This document shows, piece after piece, positions 17,375 to 26,700 of a DNA stretch of 64,000 nucleotides (positions are counted from its first letter, which is position 1; every line of letters starts with the position of its first letter). Below the pieces are notes generated by a model that worked only from the letters and a program-made list of their open reading frames with translations, made no database searches and was not told where the DNA came from. The stretch lies in the NCBI GenBank assembly GCA_002315855.1, contig DCIG01000050.1, forward strand, positions 24,350-88,349. The letters run 5' to 3'. The position numbers were made by a program, and so were the translations under genes. Origin of the DNA: Lentisphaeria bacterium UBA1732. GTDB taxonomy: Bacteria; Verrucomicrobiota; Lentisphaeria; Victivallales; UBA1829.

Positions 17375-17496
17375 AAAATGATTCTCCTGTTGAGTTCCGC
17401 ACGGTCTGGAAAACTATACAGAACAGTTAATGATTGTGAAATGAGAATGAAAAAAAATTAATTAATTTTGTAAAAATAATTAACTTATTTGTTGGA

Positions 17497-17524
17497 AATA
17501 TACACGATATCCCATAAATATCAA
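17497..17524 (-). promoter_or_regulatory. Candidate promoter for the GH51 gene
   Basis: Minus strand: -35 TTGATA (complement of 17519-17524), 16 nt, -10 TATATT (complement of 17497-17502). About 120 nt upstream of the ATG. Confidence 0.4.
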
Positions 17525-17588
17525 GTGAAAAATACGGAAAAACTTTGAAATTTCAGAAAAACCTTTTTCTGTTACCTGCATTTCCATC

Positions 17589-17631
17589 AAAAAAGACCTC
17601 GCGTATCATGGAGATACCCTGAACGCGAGGT
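17589..17631 (-). terminator. Intrinsic (potentially bidirectional) terminator after the 414-aa gene
   Basis: Stem gacctcgcgt (17595-17604) pairs with acgcgaggt (17623-17631). An A-run precedes it and a T-run follows on the + strand. Confidence 0.7.
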
Positions 17632-17670
17632 TTCTTTTTCAGGATTCCGTCCGGAAGATGGCGCGGGAAA

Positions 17671-18915
17671 TTATTCTGCATCAAAATATTCGGCGTAGTG
17701 TTCCGGGAGCAGTAAAACTTCCGCCCATTTCATGGTATTGCTTTCCAGCCACAATGGACGCAGACGCATGTAGTTCTGCATAATGCGTGTATACTGTTCC
17801 TGCGGGGAGGCACTGAACCATTCGGCAATCATGCGTTCCAGCTGTTCTGCGCTCTGGAAACATGCTTCCGGAGCGGCGGCATGATAATTGCCGATGTCCT
17901 GCACAAAAGCAGGCACACCTTCCGCCCATGCTTCGTACAGCTTGATGGGACTTTTGCACTCGTTGAAGAGATTCTTCTGAAGCGGCTGAATATAAAGGTC
18001 AGGGAACAGAGTCTGCCGGAACAGCGGATACTGCAAAAACATGCTGGGGGGTGCATATTCAAAATCGCCGGAATAGGGTTTCAGGGCATCCAGCATACCG
18101 CCGTGAAAAATAAACTGATATTTTTTGCGGTTTTCGATAATCCAGTCCAAAATACCGGAAAAATCGTTGTTGCGGGGGGCATTTCCCTGCCCGAAATGAG
18201 ACTGCGAACATGAAAAACAGATTCGGAGTTTCCGGTGATTTCTGTTAAGAAGCCGGGAACGGACGGTCAGCGGATTGAAATGGTCAAAGAAAAACTGGGG
18301 AGGGTAGTTTTCCATGATTTTGAATTTTTTCCGTTCAATTCCAAGTTTCCCGGAATAGTAATCTGCAAGTCCGGCACAGGATACCGTGATAAGGTCGCAC
18401 ATATCCATAAAATATTTGATGGTGCTTTGAATTTCCGGTGTTATGTCGCGGTAAATGTTGTAATCCGGCATATCTTCCGGAATCAGCACATCGTCAATGT
18501 CATAAATCAGCCGGAACGGAAATTCTTTTCTGGCAGGAACCAGAACGCGCTCCGCCCATGGAATGTTTCTTTGATTGGTTACACGCTGCAAACGCAGACT
18601 GTCCAGACGGAACAGCTGATTTCTTTCCGGTAAAATCGTAGTGTTTGTGGATGCCAGATTACCGAGCGACTGTTCCAGAAGCTGGTTGACAAATCGGACG
18701 CGGTAATATGCACTCGCTCCGTAATCCATCATTGCCGAGTGAATAAAATTGAAATGCTGATTTTTTTCGGACTTGGCTGACGGGGTGGATTGAGATGAAA
18801 TTCCGCTTTTTCCGGCAGAACTTTTTTGCTCGTCCCCGGCATTCTGTTTGGCGGGGATGGACAATTTGGGTGGAGAGTACGAGAACATTATAGCTTTCAG
18901 TGTGGTGCTTCCCAA
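17671..18915 (-). CDS. Hypothetical protein with a possible GT-B-type glycosyltransferase C-terminal half
   Basis: 414-aa ORF (TTG start at 18915; first ATG at 18888). Low-complexity Ser/Lys-rich N-terminus. KSPIKLYEAWAEGVPAFV resembles the GT-B ExxxxxEAxAxGxPV segment. Assignment is weak. Confidence 0.5.
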   Translation of the reverse strand: MGSTTLKAIMFSYSPPKLSIPAKQNAGDEQKSSAGKSGISSQSTPSAKSEKNQHFNFIHSAMMDYGASAYYRVRFVNQLLEQSLGNLASTNTTILPERNQLFRLDSLRLQRVTNQRNIPWAERVLVPARKEFPFRLIYDIDDVLIPEDMPDYNIYRDITPEIQSTIKYFMDMCDLITVSCAGLADYYSGKLGIERKKFKIMENYPPQFFFDHFNPLTVRSRLLNRNHRKLRICFSCSQSHFGQGNAPRNNDFSGILDWIIENRKKYQFIFHGGMLDALKPYSGDFEYAPPSMFLQYPLFRQTLFPDLYIQPLQKNLFNECKSPIKLYEAWAEGVPAFVQDIGNYHAAAPEACFQSAEQLERMIAEWFSASPQEQYTRIMQNYMRLRPLWLESNTMKWAEVLLLPEHYAEYFDAE

Positions 18916-18949
18916 ACCGGGTATTGCATGATTTAAAATGTGAACTCAT

Positions 18950-18977
18950 ACAATACCACAAAAAAACAAAAAGTCAA
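18950..18977 (-). promoter_or_regulatory. Promoter for the 414-aa gene
   Basis: Minus strand: -35 TTGACT (complement of 18972-18977), 16 nt, -10 TATTGT (complement of 18950-18955). Confidence 0.5.
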
Positions 18978-19288
18978 GAAAAATAAAAAGAAAAATATAA
19001 AAAATAAAAAGGAATGTTTTATGTTAATCGAATATAAGATGTTGAAAAAAATATTCTTATAAATGATAAAAAAGCTCATGATGAGAACAGATTTTCAGTA
19101 AAAACAGTCGAATAAAACCATCAATAAAATGTCAGAAAAAGGGACAATTCATTTTTGACTCGTATTTTTTGCAGATTTGAGTTCAGAGTATCTTTATTTG
19201 TTGAAAGATTGATTTGTCAATTGGTATCCGGCATATTCGGATGGTATTATCCTTAGAGGATGAAGATGTTTTTGCCAGAAAGCACGGC

Positions 19289-19327
19289 AAAAAAAGAAAC
19301 ACACAGATTCAAAAGTCTGCGTGTTTC
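19289..19327 (-). terminator. Intrinsic terminator of the HTH-cupin-acyl-CoA synthetase gene
   Basis: Minus strand: gaaacacgcaga-cttttgaa-tctgtgtgtttc followed by TTTTTTT. Confidence 0.8.
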
Positions 19328-19406
19328 TCTGAAAGAAAACATGATTTGTCCGTTGTTCAAACAGAACGAATCATATTCTGTTATGTTAAGGGTATTCCCC
19401 TTAGAT

Positions 19407-21710
19407 TCAGTGCTGTGCTGCCTGAGTCTTGCTCTGTTCGCGGAGAGCCGAACGGCGGATTTTTCCGCTGATGGTTTTCGGCAGTTCACTGACAAATTCC
19501 ACAATGCGCGGATATTTGTAGGGAGCCGTATTTTCGCGGACATACGCCTGAATTTCCTTGATCAGTTCCGGAGTTCCTTCGGTACCGTTTCGCAGGACGA
19601 TGGATGCTTTGACAACCTGACCGCGCACGGGATCGGGCGCGCCGTAAACCGCGCATTCCAGTACGTAGGGGAGTTCCATCAGGACATTTTCCACCTCGAA
19701 AGGACCGATGCGGTAGCCGGAGGATTTGATCAGGTCATCGGTGCGTCCGACATACCAGTAGTAGCCGTCTTCATCGCGCCAGGCGGTATCTCCGGTGTGA
19801 TAATAACCGTCATGCCATGCGTTGTCGGTGGCTTCCTGATTGTTGTAATACTGCTGGAAGATACCGCAATGTTCGTTGGGCTGGACGCGGATGCAGATTT
19901 CCCCGGTATCGCCGGAGGAAACAGGTTTGCCGTTGCTGTCCAGCAGGTCGATGTGCAGGGACGGCACGGGTTTTCCCATGGAACCCGGTTTCGGATTCAT
20001 GCCGCGGAGATTTGCCAGCTGGAGCGTGGATTCGGTCTGACCGAAGCCTTCCATGAGCTTCAATCCCGTCGCCTGATAGAATTGCTGGAACACTTCCGGA
20101 TTCAGAGCTTCGCCGGCAATGGTAACGTGCTGAAGCGAGGAGAAATCATACTTCGAGAGATCCTGCTTGATGAAGAAACGATACATCGTAGGCGGTGCGC
20201 AGAATGTCGTGATGTGGTGTTCCTTGAAGAGCGGCAGAATATCTTCCGCATGAAAACGGTCGAAATCGTAAACCAGAATGCCCGCTTCGCAGAGCCACTG
20301 CCCATAGAGCTTGCCCCACAGAGACTTGCCCCATCCTGTGTCCGAAATCGTCAGATGCAGACCGTTCGGGTCCACACAGTGCCACCAGCGGGCAGTGATG
20401 ATGTGTCCCAGCGGATAAGTGAACGTATGAAGCACCATTTTCGGGTAGCCGGACGTGCCGGAACTGAAGAAAAGTGCCATCGGATCGTTGGCATTATGAT
20501 CGGCGGGGCGGGGGAATACGGCATCGAAATGTTCGAGTTCGCGGTTGAAGCAAATCCAGCCGGGCCGTTCGCCTTCCACGATAATGCGGTGCTGAAGTGT
20601 GGGACTGTCCGCCATGGCAGCGTCAATTGCGGCAGCGGTTTCGCCGAGTCCGGTACAAACGACAGCCTTGATTCCGGCTTCATTGAAGCGGTATGAGAAA
20701 TCGTGTTCGGTCAGCATGACAGCGGCCGGCACTGCGATGGCGCCGATTCTGTGCAGGGCATTCATGACGTACCAGAACTGATAATGACGGCGCATCACCA
20801 GCATGACACGGTCACCTTTGCGGATTCCGAGAGAGGTCAGGAAATTTGCCGTCTTGCAGGAATTGACCGAGATGTCTTTGAACGTGAAATTCCGTACTTC
20901 GTGAGTGCGTGAAATCCAGCGCATAGCCACCTTGTCCGGGCATTTTTCAGCGAGCGCATCCAGTACATCGTAAGCGAAGTTGAAATTATCGGGATAATGG
21001 AACCGGATGTCCTGAAGCATTCCGTTTTCATCGATGGTTTCCGTTGCGAATTTCTTGTAAATCAAGTCCTGTCCTGCCGAATTTTCCTGCTTGACGGCAG
21101 GTTCTTCTTTCTGCACGGGATTGAATGCCATCGGCTTGCTCTGTTCGTCATCGGATTTGATGACCACCGCCAGGAAGACGCATTCTTCGCCGCCAATGGA
21201 GATCATGCCGTGAGGATGACCGGAGTCATAATAAATCGAGTCGCCGGGTCCCATGATTTCGACTTTGTCGTCAATCTGGACTTTCAGATGACCGCTGATG
21301 ATATAGTCAAATTCCTGCCCGCTGTGGGTGGAAAGATGAATTTTATCCTGTTCCCCCAGATACGGTGCACGCACGATAAAAGGTTCTGCCGCGCGGTCTT
21401 TCATCATGGCCGCCTGATGCAGATATTCAAATCCGGCACGGCGTTTAATCGGAACCCCTCCGCCAGCCCGTGTCAGAATGAATGAAGAGAGACGGGGCGA
21501 TTCGCCCGTTACAAGCGCGCTGATGTCAACACCGAACCGCTGTGCGCAGCGGAGAATGAAAGTGAAAGAACTGTCAATCTGGCCATCTTCATGACTTTTG
21601 TACTCTTCCACAGTCATCCGGTGGAGTTCCGCCATATCTTCCGGACTGATGTCCAGCAAAGTGCGGAGTTCGCGGATGCGCCGTCCCATTTGTTGCAGTT
21701 GATTTTCCAT
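19407..21710 (-). CDS. Fusion protein: XRE-family HTH + cupin domain + AMP-forming (medium-chain-type) acyl-CoA synthetase
   Basis: One uninterrupted 767-aa ORF. N-terminal HTH: MGRRIRELRTLLDISPEDMAELHRMTVEEYKSHEDG. Cupin: GDSIYYDSGHPHGMISIGGEECVFLAVV. AMP-binding: FFSSGTSGYPKMVLHT, YHTGDTAWRDEDGYYWYVGRTDDLIKSSGYRIGPFEVE, LPKTISGKIRR. GGAG RBS. Confidence 0.85.
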   Translation of the reverse strand: MENQLQQMGRRIRELRTLLDISPEDMAELHRMTVEEYKSHEDGQIDSSFTFILRCAQRFGVDISALVTGESPRLSSFILTRAGGGVPIKRRAGFEYLHQAAMMKDRAAEPFIVRAPYLGEQDKIHLSTHSGQEFDYIISGHLKVQIDDKVEIMGPGDSIYYDSGHPHGMISIGGEECVFLAVVIKSDDEQSKPMAFNPVQKEEPAVKQENSAGQDLIYKKFATETIDENGMLQDIRFHYPDNFNFAYDVLDALAEKCPDKVAMRWISRTHEVRNFTFKDISVNSCKTANFLTSLGIRKGDRVMLVMRRHYQFWYVMNALHRIGAIAVPAAVMLTEHDFSYRFNEAGIKAVVCTGLGETAAAIDAAMADSPTLQHRIIVEGERPGWICFNRELEHFDAVFPRPADHNANDPMALFFSSGTSGYPKMVLHTFTYPLGHIITARWWHCVDPNGLHLTISDTGWGKSLWGKLYGQWLCEAGILVYDFDRFHAEDILPLFKEHHITTFCAPPTMYRFFIKQDLSKYDFSSLQHVTIAGEALNPEVFQQFYQATGLKLMEGFGQTESTLQLANLRGMNPKPGSMGKPVPSLHIDLLDSNGKPVSSGDTGEICIRVQPNEHCGIFQQYYNNQEATDNAWHDGYYHTGDTAWRDEDGYYWYVGRTDDLIKSSGYRIGPFEVENVLMELPYVLECAVYGAPDPVRGQVVKASIVLRNGTEGTPELIKEIQAYVRENTAPYKYPRIVEFVSELPKTISGKIRRSALREQSKTQAAQH

Positions 21711-21727
21711 TTTTTACTCCTGACTAA

Positions 21728-21767
21728 CTGATTTCAAATCATCCGGCAGGGTATTTTGAAATCAGCT
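21728..21767. repeat. Palindromic intergenic repeat, copy 5 (reverse core), in the leader of the fusion gene
   Basis: ctgatttcaaat-catccggcagggta-ttttgaaatcagct. It ends 5 nt from the RBS region. Confidence 0.8.
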
Positions 21768-21801
21768 TCTCTGATGAAAATTTCGTAAAGAGATTTTAAA
21801 T

Positions 21802-21830
21802 AATATAGCACAGAAAAAACGAAAAATCAA
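21802..21830 (-). promoter_or_regulatory. Promoter for the HTH-cupin-acyl-CoA synthetase gene
   Basis: Minus strand: -35 TTGATT (complement of 21825-21830), 17 nt, -10 TATATT (complement of 21802-21807). Confidence 0.65.
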
Positions 21831-21915
21831 GAAAAAACGGAGCTTTGTGAGGTTTCCGCGCGCGGATTTGAGCAGGCAGCGGACAGATGGCAGAGTGTTT
21901 GGAAATTGGCGCCGG

Positions 21916-21950
21916 TTTCAGAAGTCATGCCGGGAGATTTGAAGTCAGCT
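21916..21950. repeat. Palindromic intergenic repeat, copy 6 (degenerate arms), just 3' of rpoD
   Basis: tttcagaa-gtcatgccggga-gatttgaagtcagct. Confidence 0.6.
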
Positions 21951-21968
21951 TTTTGGAAAAGATTTTTT

Positions 21969-23348
21969 TTACAGGGAATCGAAATAAAGAGAAACCAGTT
22001 TCGGCTGGCGCAGCTTCTGAAATGCGCCGCGTTCAATCTGGCGGATTCGTTCTTTGGAAAGTGCAAATATCTTGGAAAGTTCCGAAACGGTTTTCGGCGT
22101 TTTGCCGTCCAGTCCGAAATGAAGCCGGAGCAGGAGCTGTTCCCGTTCGGAAAGAGTTTTGAGCGCGTCTGCCAGTCCGTCCTGGAGCTGTTTTCCGGCG
22201 AGACATTGTTCCGGATCGGATGCTTCCGAATCGCAGATGATTTCTTCCAGTTTCAGCGAATTTTCATCGCTGCCGACCTGCATTTGCAGAGAAATCTGCT
22301 GTGCCGCCATTGCCCGGATGGAACGCACACGGGCGGCCGGCATTTCCAGTTCTGCTGCGAGCTGCTCTGAGGATGGCTCAAATCCGTTGTGCATGATGAA
22401 ATTCTGCTCGGCGCGGCGGATTCGCATAATCGTCTGGTACATGTGCGGCGGAATATGAATCACACGGGTTTGCGAGGAAATGGCATGGAGAATATTATGC
22501 CGGATCCACCATGTGGCATAGGTCGTGAAGCGGTGTCCCAGCTTGTAGTCGAACCGTTCGAGAGCCTTGATCAGCCCCAGATTTCCTTCCTGAATCAAGT
22601 CAATGATATTCTGCGGCTGGACATGGATTCTGTTCAGAATACTGACCACAAGGCGAAGATGCGACTGGACAATCCGATTTTTCAAATCGGTTTGAACATC
22701 AATATGTTTTTCCAGTTCAGCCATGATGCGCTGATCTTCGGATTCTTCGCCCGTCAGGCGGATTTCCTGATTGGACGATTCACCGGATTCTTCGGCGCGG
22801 CTGGTGAAATATGCATGGGCAAGCTGAAACCATTCGTCCAGTTTGATTTTTGCAGCCGGATAGCGGGACAGAAGTTCTTTGGCGCGCTTCGCCATTTCCG
22901 CACGCTTGTCAGCGGACGCAAGAGGGTCAGAATACACCCGGAGAGTTTCCTGACGCAAGGCCTGAATCTCCGATTTCCAGCCGGGCAGACGCTGAAGAAG
23001 CAGATAGGGCGTTTTGCGGCATTCTTCCGGCAGCAAGGATTCCCAGAAAAGAGACGGAATTGCTTCCGTATCAGTACATTGCTCTGCCAGCCGGATATGC
23101 TCATCCAAAATGAAAAGGAAATGAAAAAGCAAATCGTAGATGGTATTTGTTTCGCGGTCCATGGAAGCCCACAGCGCGTCGGATTCTTCGGCGGTCAAGG
23201 GCGTACTGTTGTTCAAATCCCGGTAATACTGCATCAGGACATCCGAGCAATCTCCTGAAGATTGCGCAGATTCCGACAGAAACGCAGACAGTTCTTCAGA
23301 AGCTGCGTCCGCAGAAGTTGAATCAATGTTGTTTTGTCGTTTTGCCAT
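21969..23348 (-). CDS. rpoD: RNA polymerase sigma-70 family factor (primary-like)
   Basis: 459 aa. Region 2: NLGLIKALERFDYKLGHRFTTYATWWIRHNILHAIS. Region 4: LSEREQLLLRLHFGLDG...SKERIRQIERGAFQKLR. Confidence 0.88.
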   Translation of the reverse strand: MAKRQNNIDSTSADAASEELSAFLSESAQSSGDCSDVLMQYYRDLNNSTPLTAEESDALWASMDRETNTIYDLLFHFLFILDEHIRLAEQCTDTEAIPSLFWESLLPEECRKTPYLLLQRLPGWKSEIQALRQETLRVYSDPLASADKRAEMAKRAKELLSRYPAAKIKLDEWFQLAHAYFTSRAEESGESSNQEIRLTGEESEDQRIMAELEKHIDVQTDLKNRIVQSHLRLVVSILNRIHVQPQNIIDLIQEGNLGLIKALERFDYKLGHRFTTYATWWIRHNILHAISSQTRVIHIPPHMYQTIMRIRRAEQNFIMHNGFEPSSEQLAAELEMPAARVRSIRAMAAQQISLQMQVGSDENSLKLEEIICDSEASDPEQCLAGKQLQDGLADALKTLSEREQLLLRLHFGLDGKTPKTVSELSKIFALSKERIRQIERGAFQKLRQPKLVSLYFDSL

Positions 23349-23445
23349 AAGGATAACGCGAGTCGGGATTCAGGAAGGATTTGGAAGTCTTGCATCCTTT
23401 TCGGAGATGAGGCTTCCTCCTCTGAAAAAAGTTTTCTCTTTCAAA

Positions 23446-23491
23446 CTGATTTCAAAAAAGATTGGAAAAGACCGGACTTTTGAAATAAGCT
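23446..23491. repeat. Palindromic intergenic repeat, copy 7, in the rpoD leader
   Basis: ctgatttcaaaaaa-gattggaaaagaccggac-ttttgaaataagct. Confidence 0.7.
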
Positions 23492-23511
23492 CATAAGTCG
23501 GTTTTCTAAAT

Positions 23512-23540
23512 AATTTAATTCTCATTCTGCGATTTTTCAA
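23512..23540 (-). promoter_or_regulatory. Promoter for rpoD
   Basis: Minus strand: -35 TTGAAA (complement of 23535-23540), 17 nt, -10 TAAATT (complement of 23512-23517). About 160 nt upstream of the ATG. Confidence 0.5.
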
Positions 23541-23627
23541 GCATGTCTTTGCATTTTTTCACAGCAGGTGTCATGCCCCGGAAAAACAGAGCAGGATATG
23601 AGCGTAAAAACATGCAATGACTGCAAG

Positions 23628-23659
23628 AAAAAGCCGGATTCACATGAAGCAAATCCGGC
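23628..23659 (-). terminator. Intrinsic terminator of carB
   Basis: Minus strand: gccggatt-tgcttcatgtg-aatccggc followed by TTTTT. Confidence 0.8.
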
Positions 23660-23704
23660 AAAAGGTGATTTCATGAGCGTTCAGAAAAAATTCTGACCGA
23701 TTGT

Positions 23705-26700
23705 TCAGCCTATGAACTTATACGGAGTCGTACTGTGGTATTCCTGCAGAGACTTCGGTTCGAGGTCCGGATGTTTCAGCATCGTTTCAATCCCGATGGA
23801 GCTGGCATCTGCGGCGGCAATCGTTGTCATGTACGGGATGCGCAGCTGAATGGCGGTACGGCGGATGTAGCTGTCGTCTTTCTTGGAGGAGCGTCCGGCC
23901 GGCGTGTTGAAAATCAGCTGAATTTCGTTGTTTTTCATCATGTCGAGGATATTGGGACGATCTTCGCTGAGTTTGAAGACCTTGGTATTGGCAATGCCGT
24001 TTTCCGTAAGGAAAATCGAGGTGCCTTCCGTTGCAAGAATCTTGAAGCCCAGCTTCTGCATACGCTGTGCGATGGGAAGCAGATACTTGCGATCCTTGGG
24101 GTTGATGGTGATCAGCACGGTCCCGCTGGTGGGCAGGATGCAGCCGGATGCGGCTTCGGCTTTGTAGTAAGCGGCTCCGAAATTGTCGGAGATACCCATG
24201 ACTTCGCCGGTTGCACGCATTTCAGGTCCCAGAATCGGGTCGACTTCCGGGAACATATTGAAGGGGAATACGGCTTCCTTCACGGCCACAAACGAGGTCT
24301 CACCGGTCTTCGGGAGCTGGAACTGTTCCAGCTTCTTGCCCAGCATCAATTCCGTGGCGAGACGCGCCAGAGGCACGCCGGTAACCTTGGAAATGATAGG
24401 TACGGTACGGGATGCACGCGGGTTGGCCTCGATGATATAGACTTCATCTTCGCAAATCGCATACTGCACGTTCATGATACCGTCGACTTTGAAGTCCTTG
24501 GCGATGTCGGCAGTGTGCTGCTCAATGGTTTTGCGGTGCTTTTCGGGAATCGTTACCGGAGGAATGGTACAGGCGGAGTCGCCGGAGTGAATACCGGCAA
24601 GTTCGATGTGTTCCATGATGGCGGCAACATAGGTCTGTTTGCCGTCGGACACGGCATCGACTTCGCATTCGATGGCATTGTCGAGGAAGCGGTCAATCAG
24701 CATCGGATATTCGGGGCTGACCTGCAGGGATTCCACTGCATAACGGCGCAGAGTGGGTTCATCGTAAATGACTTCCATGCCGCGTCCGCCCAGCACGAAG
24801 GACGGACGGACCATGACCGGGTAACCAATATCATTGGCGATTGCCACAGCTTCTTCCAGAGATTTGCTGGTGGCACTCTTCGGCTGACGGATGCCCAGTG
24901 CAATCATGCGTTCGCGGAAATATTCGCGGTCTTCCGCCAGGCGGATGCCTTCCGGCTGAGTGCCGAGGATGTTCACGCCGGCGTCTTTCAGTTCCTGCGC
25001 GATATTCAGCGGGGTCTGTCCGCCGAACTGCACGATCAGACCTTCCGGTTTTTCCTTGTCGTAAATGGCAAGCACGTCTTCCAGTGTCAGCGGTTCAAAG
25101 AACAGCTTGTCGCTGGTGTCATAGTCGGTGGAGACGGTTTCAGGGTTGCAGTTGACCATGATGGATTCATAGCCGTTGTCGCGCAGTGTGAATGCGGCAT
25201 GAACGCAGGTATAGTCGAATTCGATGCCCTGACCGATACGGTTCGGACCGCCGCCCAGAATCATAATCTTGCGGTTGCTGCTGACTTCCACTTCATCGGC
25301 GACAGGTGCGTAGGTGGAGTAATAGTAGCAGGCATTTTCCACGCCGCTCACCGGAACCTTGCAGAATGCGACCTTGACACCCAGCGCCAGACGGCGTTCA
25401 CGGACAACGCGTTCGCATACGCTGAACAGTTTGGCCAGATATTTATCGGCGAAACCGAAGCGTTTTGCCTGAATCAGCATGTCATCGGACAATGTGTCGA
25501 ACGTGTATTTCTGGAGTTCGAGTTCGAACTGTGCAAGTTCATTGATTTCCTCAATGAAATAGCGTGTGATGCTGGTTTTTGCAACCACTTCATCCACGCT
25601 GTAGCCGCGGCGCAGATATTCATAAATCGCAAAGAAGCGAATGCTGTTCGGAGTTTTGATTTTGTCGCGCAGCTGGTCATCCGTCATTGCGGAGACTTTC
25701 TTGTCGAGACCGAGACCGGAACGTCCGATTTCCAGCGAACGGATTGCTTTCTGGAGAGCTTCTTTGAAGTTTTTGCCGATGGACATGACTTCGCCTACGG
25801 CTCTCATCTGGGTTCCAAGCTGATCTTTGGCTTTCGGGAACTTCTCAAATGCCCAGCGCGCAAACTTCACAACAACATAATCTCCGCTGGGTGTGTATTT
25901 TTCCAGCGAGCCATCGCGCCAGTACGGAATTTCATCCAATGTCATGCCGGCGGCAAGTCGGGTGGATACATTTGCAATGGGGAAGCCGGTTGCCTTGGAG
26001 GCAAGTGCGGAAGAACGCGAGGTTCTGGGGTTGATTTCGATGACGACGACTTCATCGGTTTCGCGGTTATGACCGAACTGGACGTTGGTGCCGCCGGTTA
26101 CGCCGATGGCATCCAGAATCCGGTAGGAGTAATCCTGCAAACGTGCCTGAAGTTCAGGTCTGACGGTCAGCATCGGTGCAACGCAGAAGCTGTCGCCGGT
26201 ATGGACGCCCATCGGGTCAACGTTTTCGATGTAGCAGACGGTGATTTTCTGTCCTTTCTGGTCGCGCACGACTTCCAGTTCCAGTTCTTCCCAGCCCAGC
26301 ACGCACTGTTCCACCAGCACCTGATGAATCAAGCTGGCGGAAAGACCGCGGGCTATCACTTCACGCAGTTCTTCCACATTGTAGACAATACCGCTTCCTG
26401 TGCCGCCCATGGTGTATGCCGGACGCAGCACAACCGGGTATCCGATTTCCGCTGCAATCTTTTCGCCTTCCGCGACCGATTCCGCAGGTGCAGATTTCGG
26501 AACGGGAACGCCGATCATTGCCATCGTTTTCTTGAATTCGATACGGTCTTCGCCGCGTTTGATGGCATCCAAATCAACACCAATCACCTGAACATTGTAT
26601 TTTTTCAGGATTCCGGCTTCCGCCAGACTCGAAGAAAGGTTCAGTGCAGTCTGACCGCCGAGGTTCGGCAGTAAAGCATCCGGACGTTCACGCTTAATGA

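Noticed and set aside
15251-17461. 736-aa + strand ORF
   Set aside because: In-register antisense shadow of the GH51 arabinofuranosidase gene. It has no recognisable motifs and spans the GH51 terminator and promoter regions.
17546-17566. ctttgaaatttcagaaa palindrome as a further member of the repeat family
   Set aside because: It shares TGAAAT/ATTTCA, but the arms are in the opposite arrangement and there is no core. It may be unrelated or a rearranged relic, so I did not count it.
19260-20696. 478-aa + strand ORF
   Set aside because: In-register antisense shadow of the acyl-CoA synthetase fusion gene, and it also runs through that gene's terminator.
23735-26674. 979-aa + strand ORF, the longest non-annotated ORF in the track
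   Set aside because: It lies exactly antisense to carB in the same triplet register. The translation is low-complexity (Gly/Arg/Val/Phe-rich) with no motifs. It stays open only because carB lacks TTA, CTA and TCA codons. carB itself is unmistakable.
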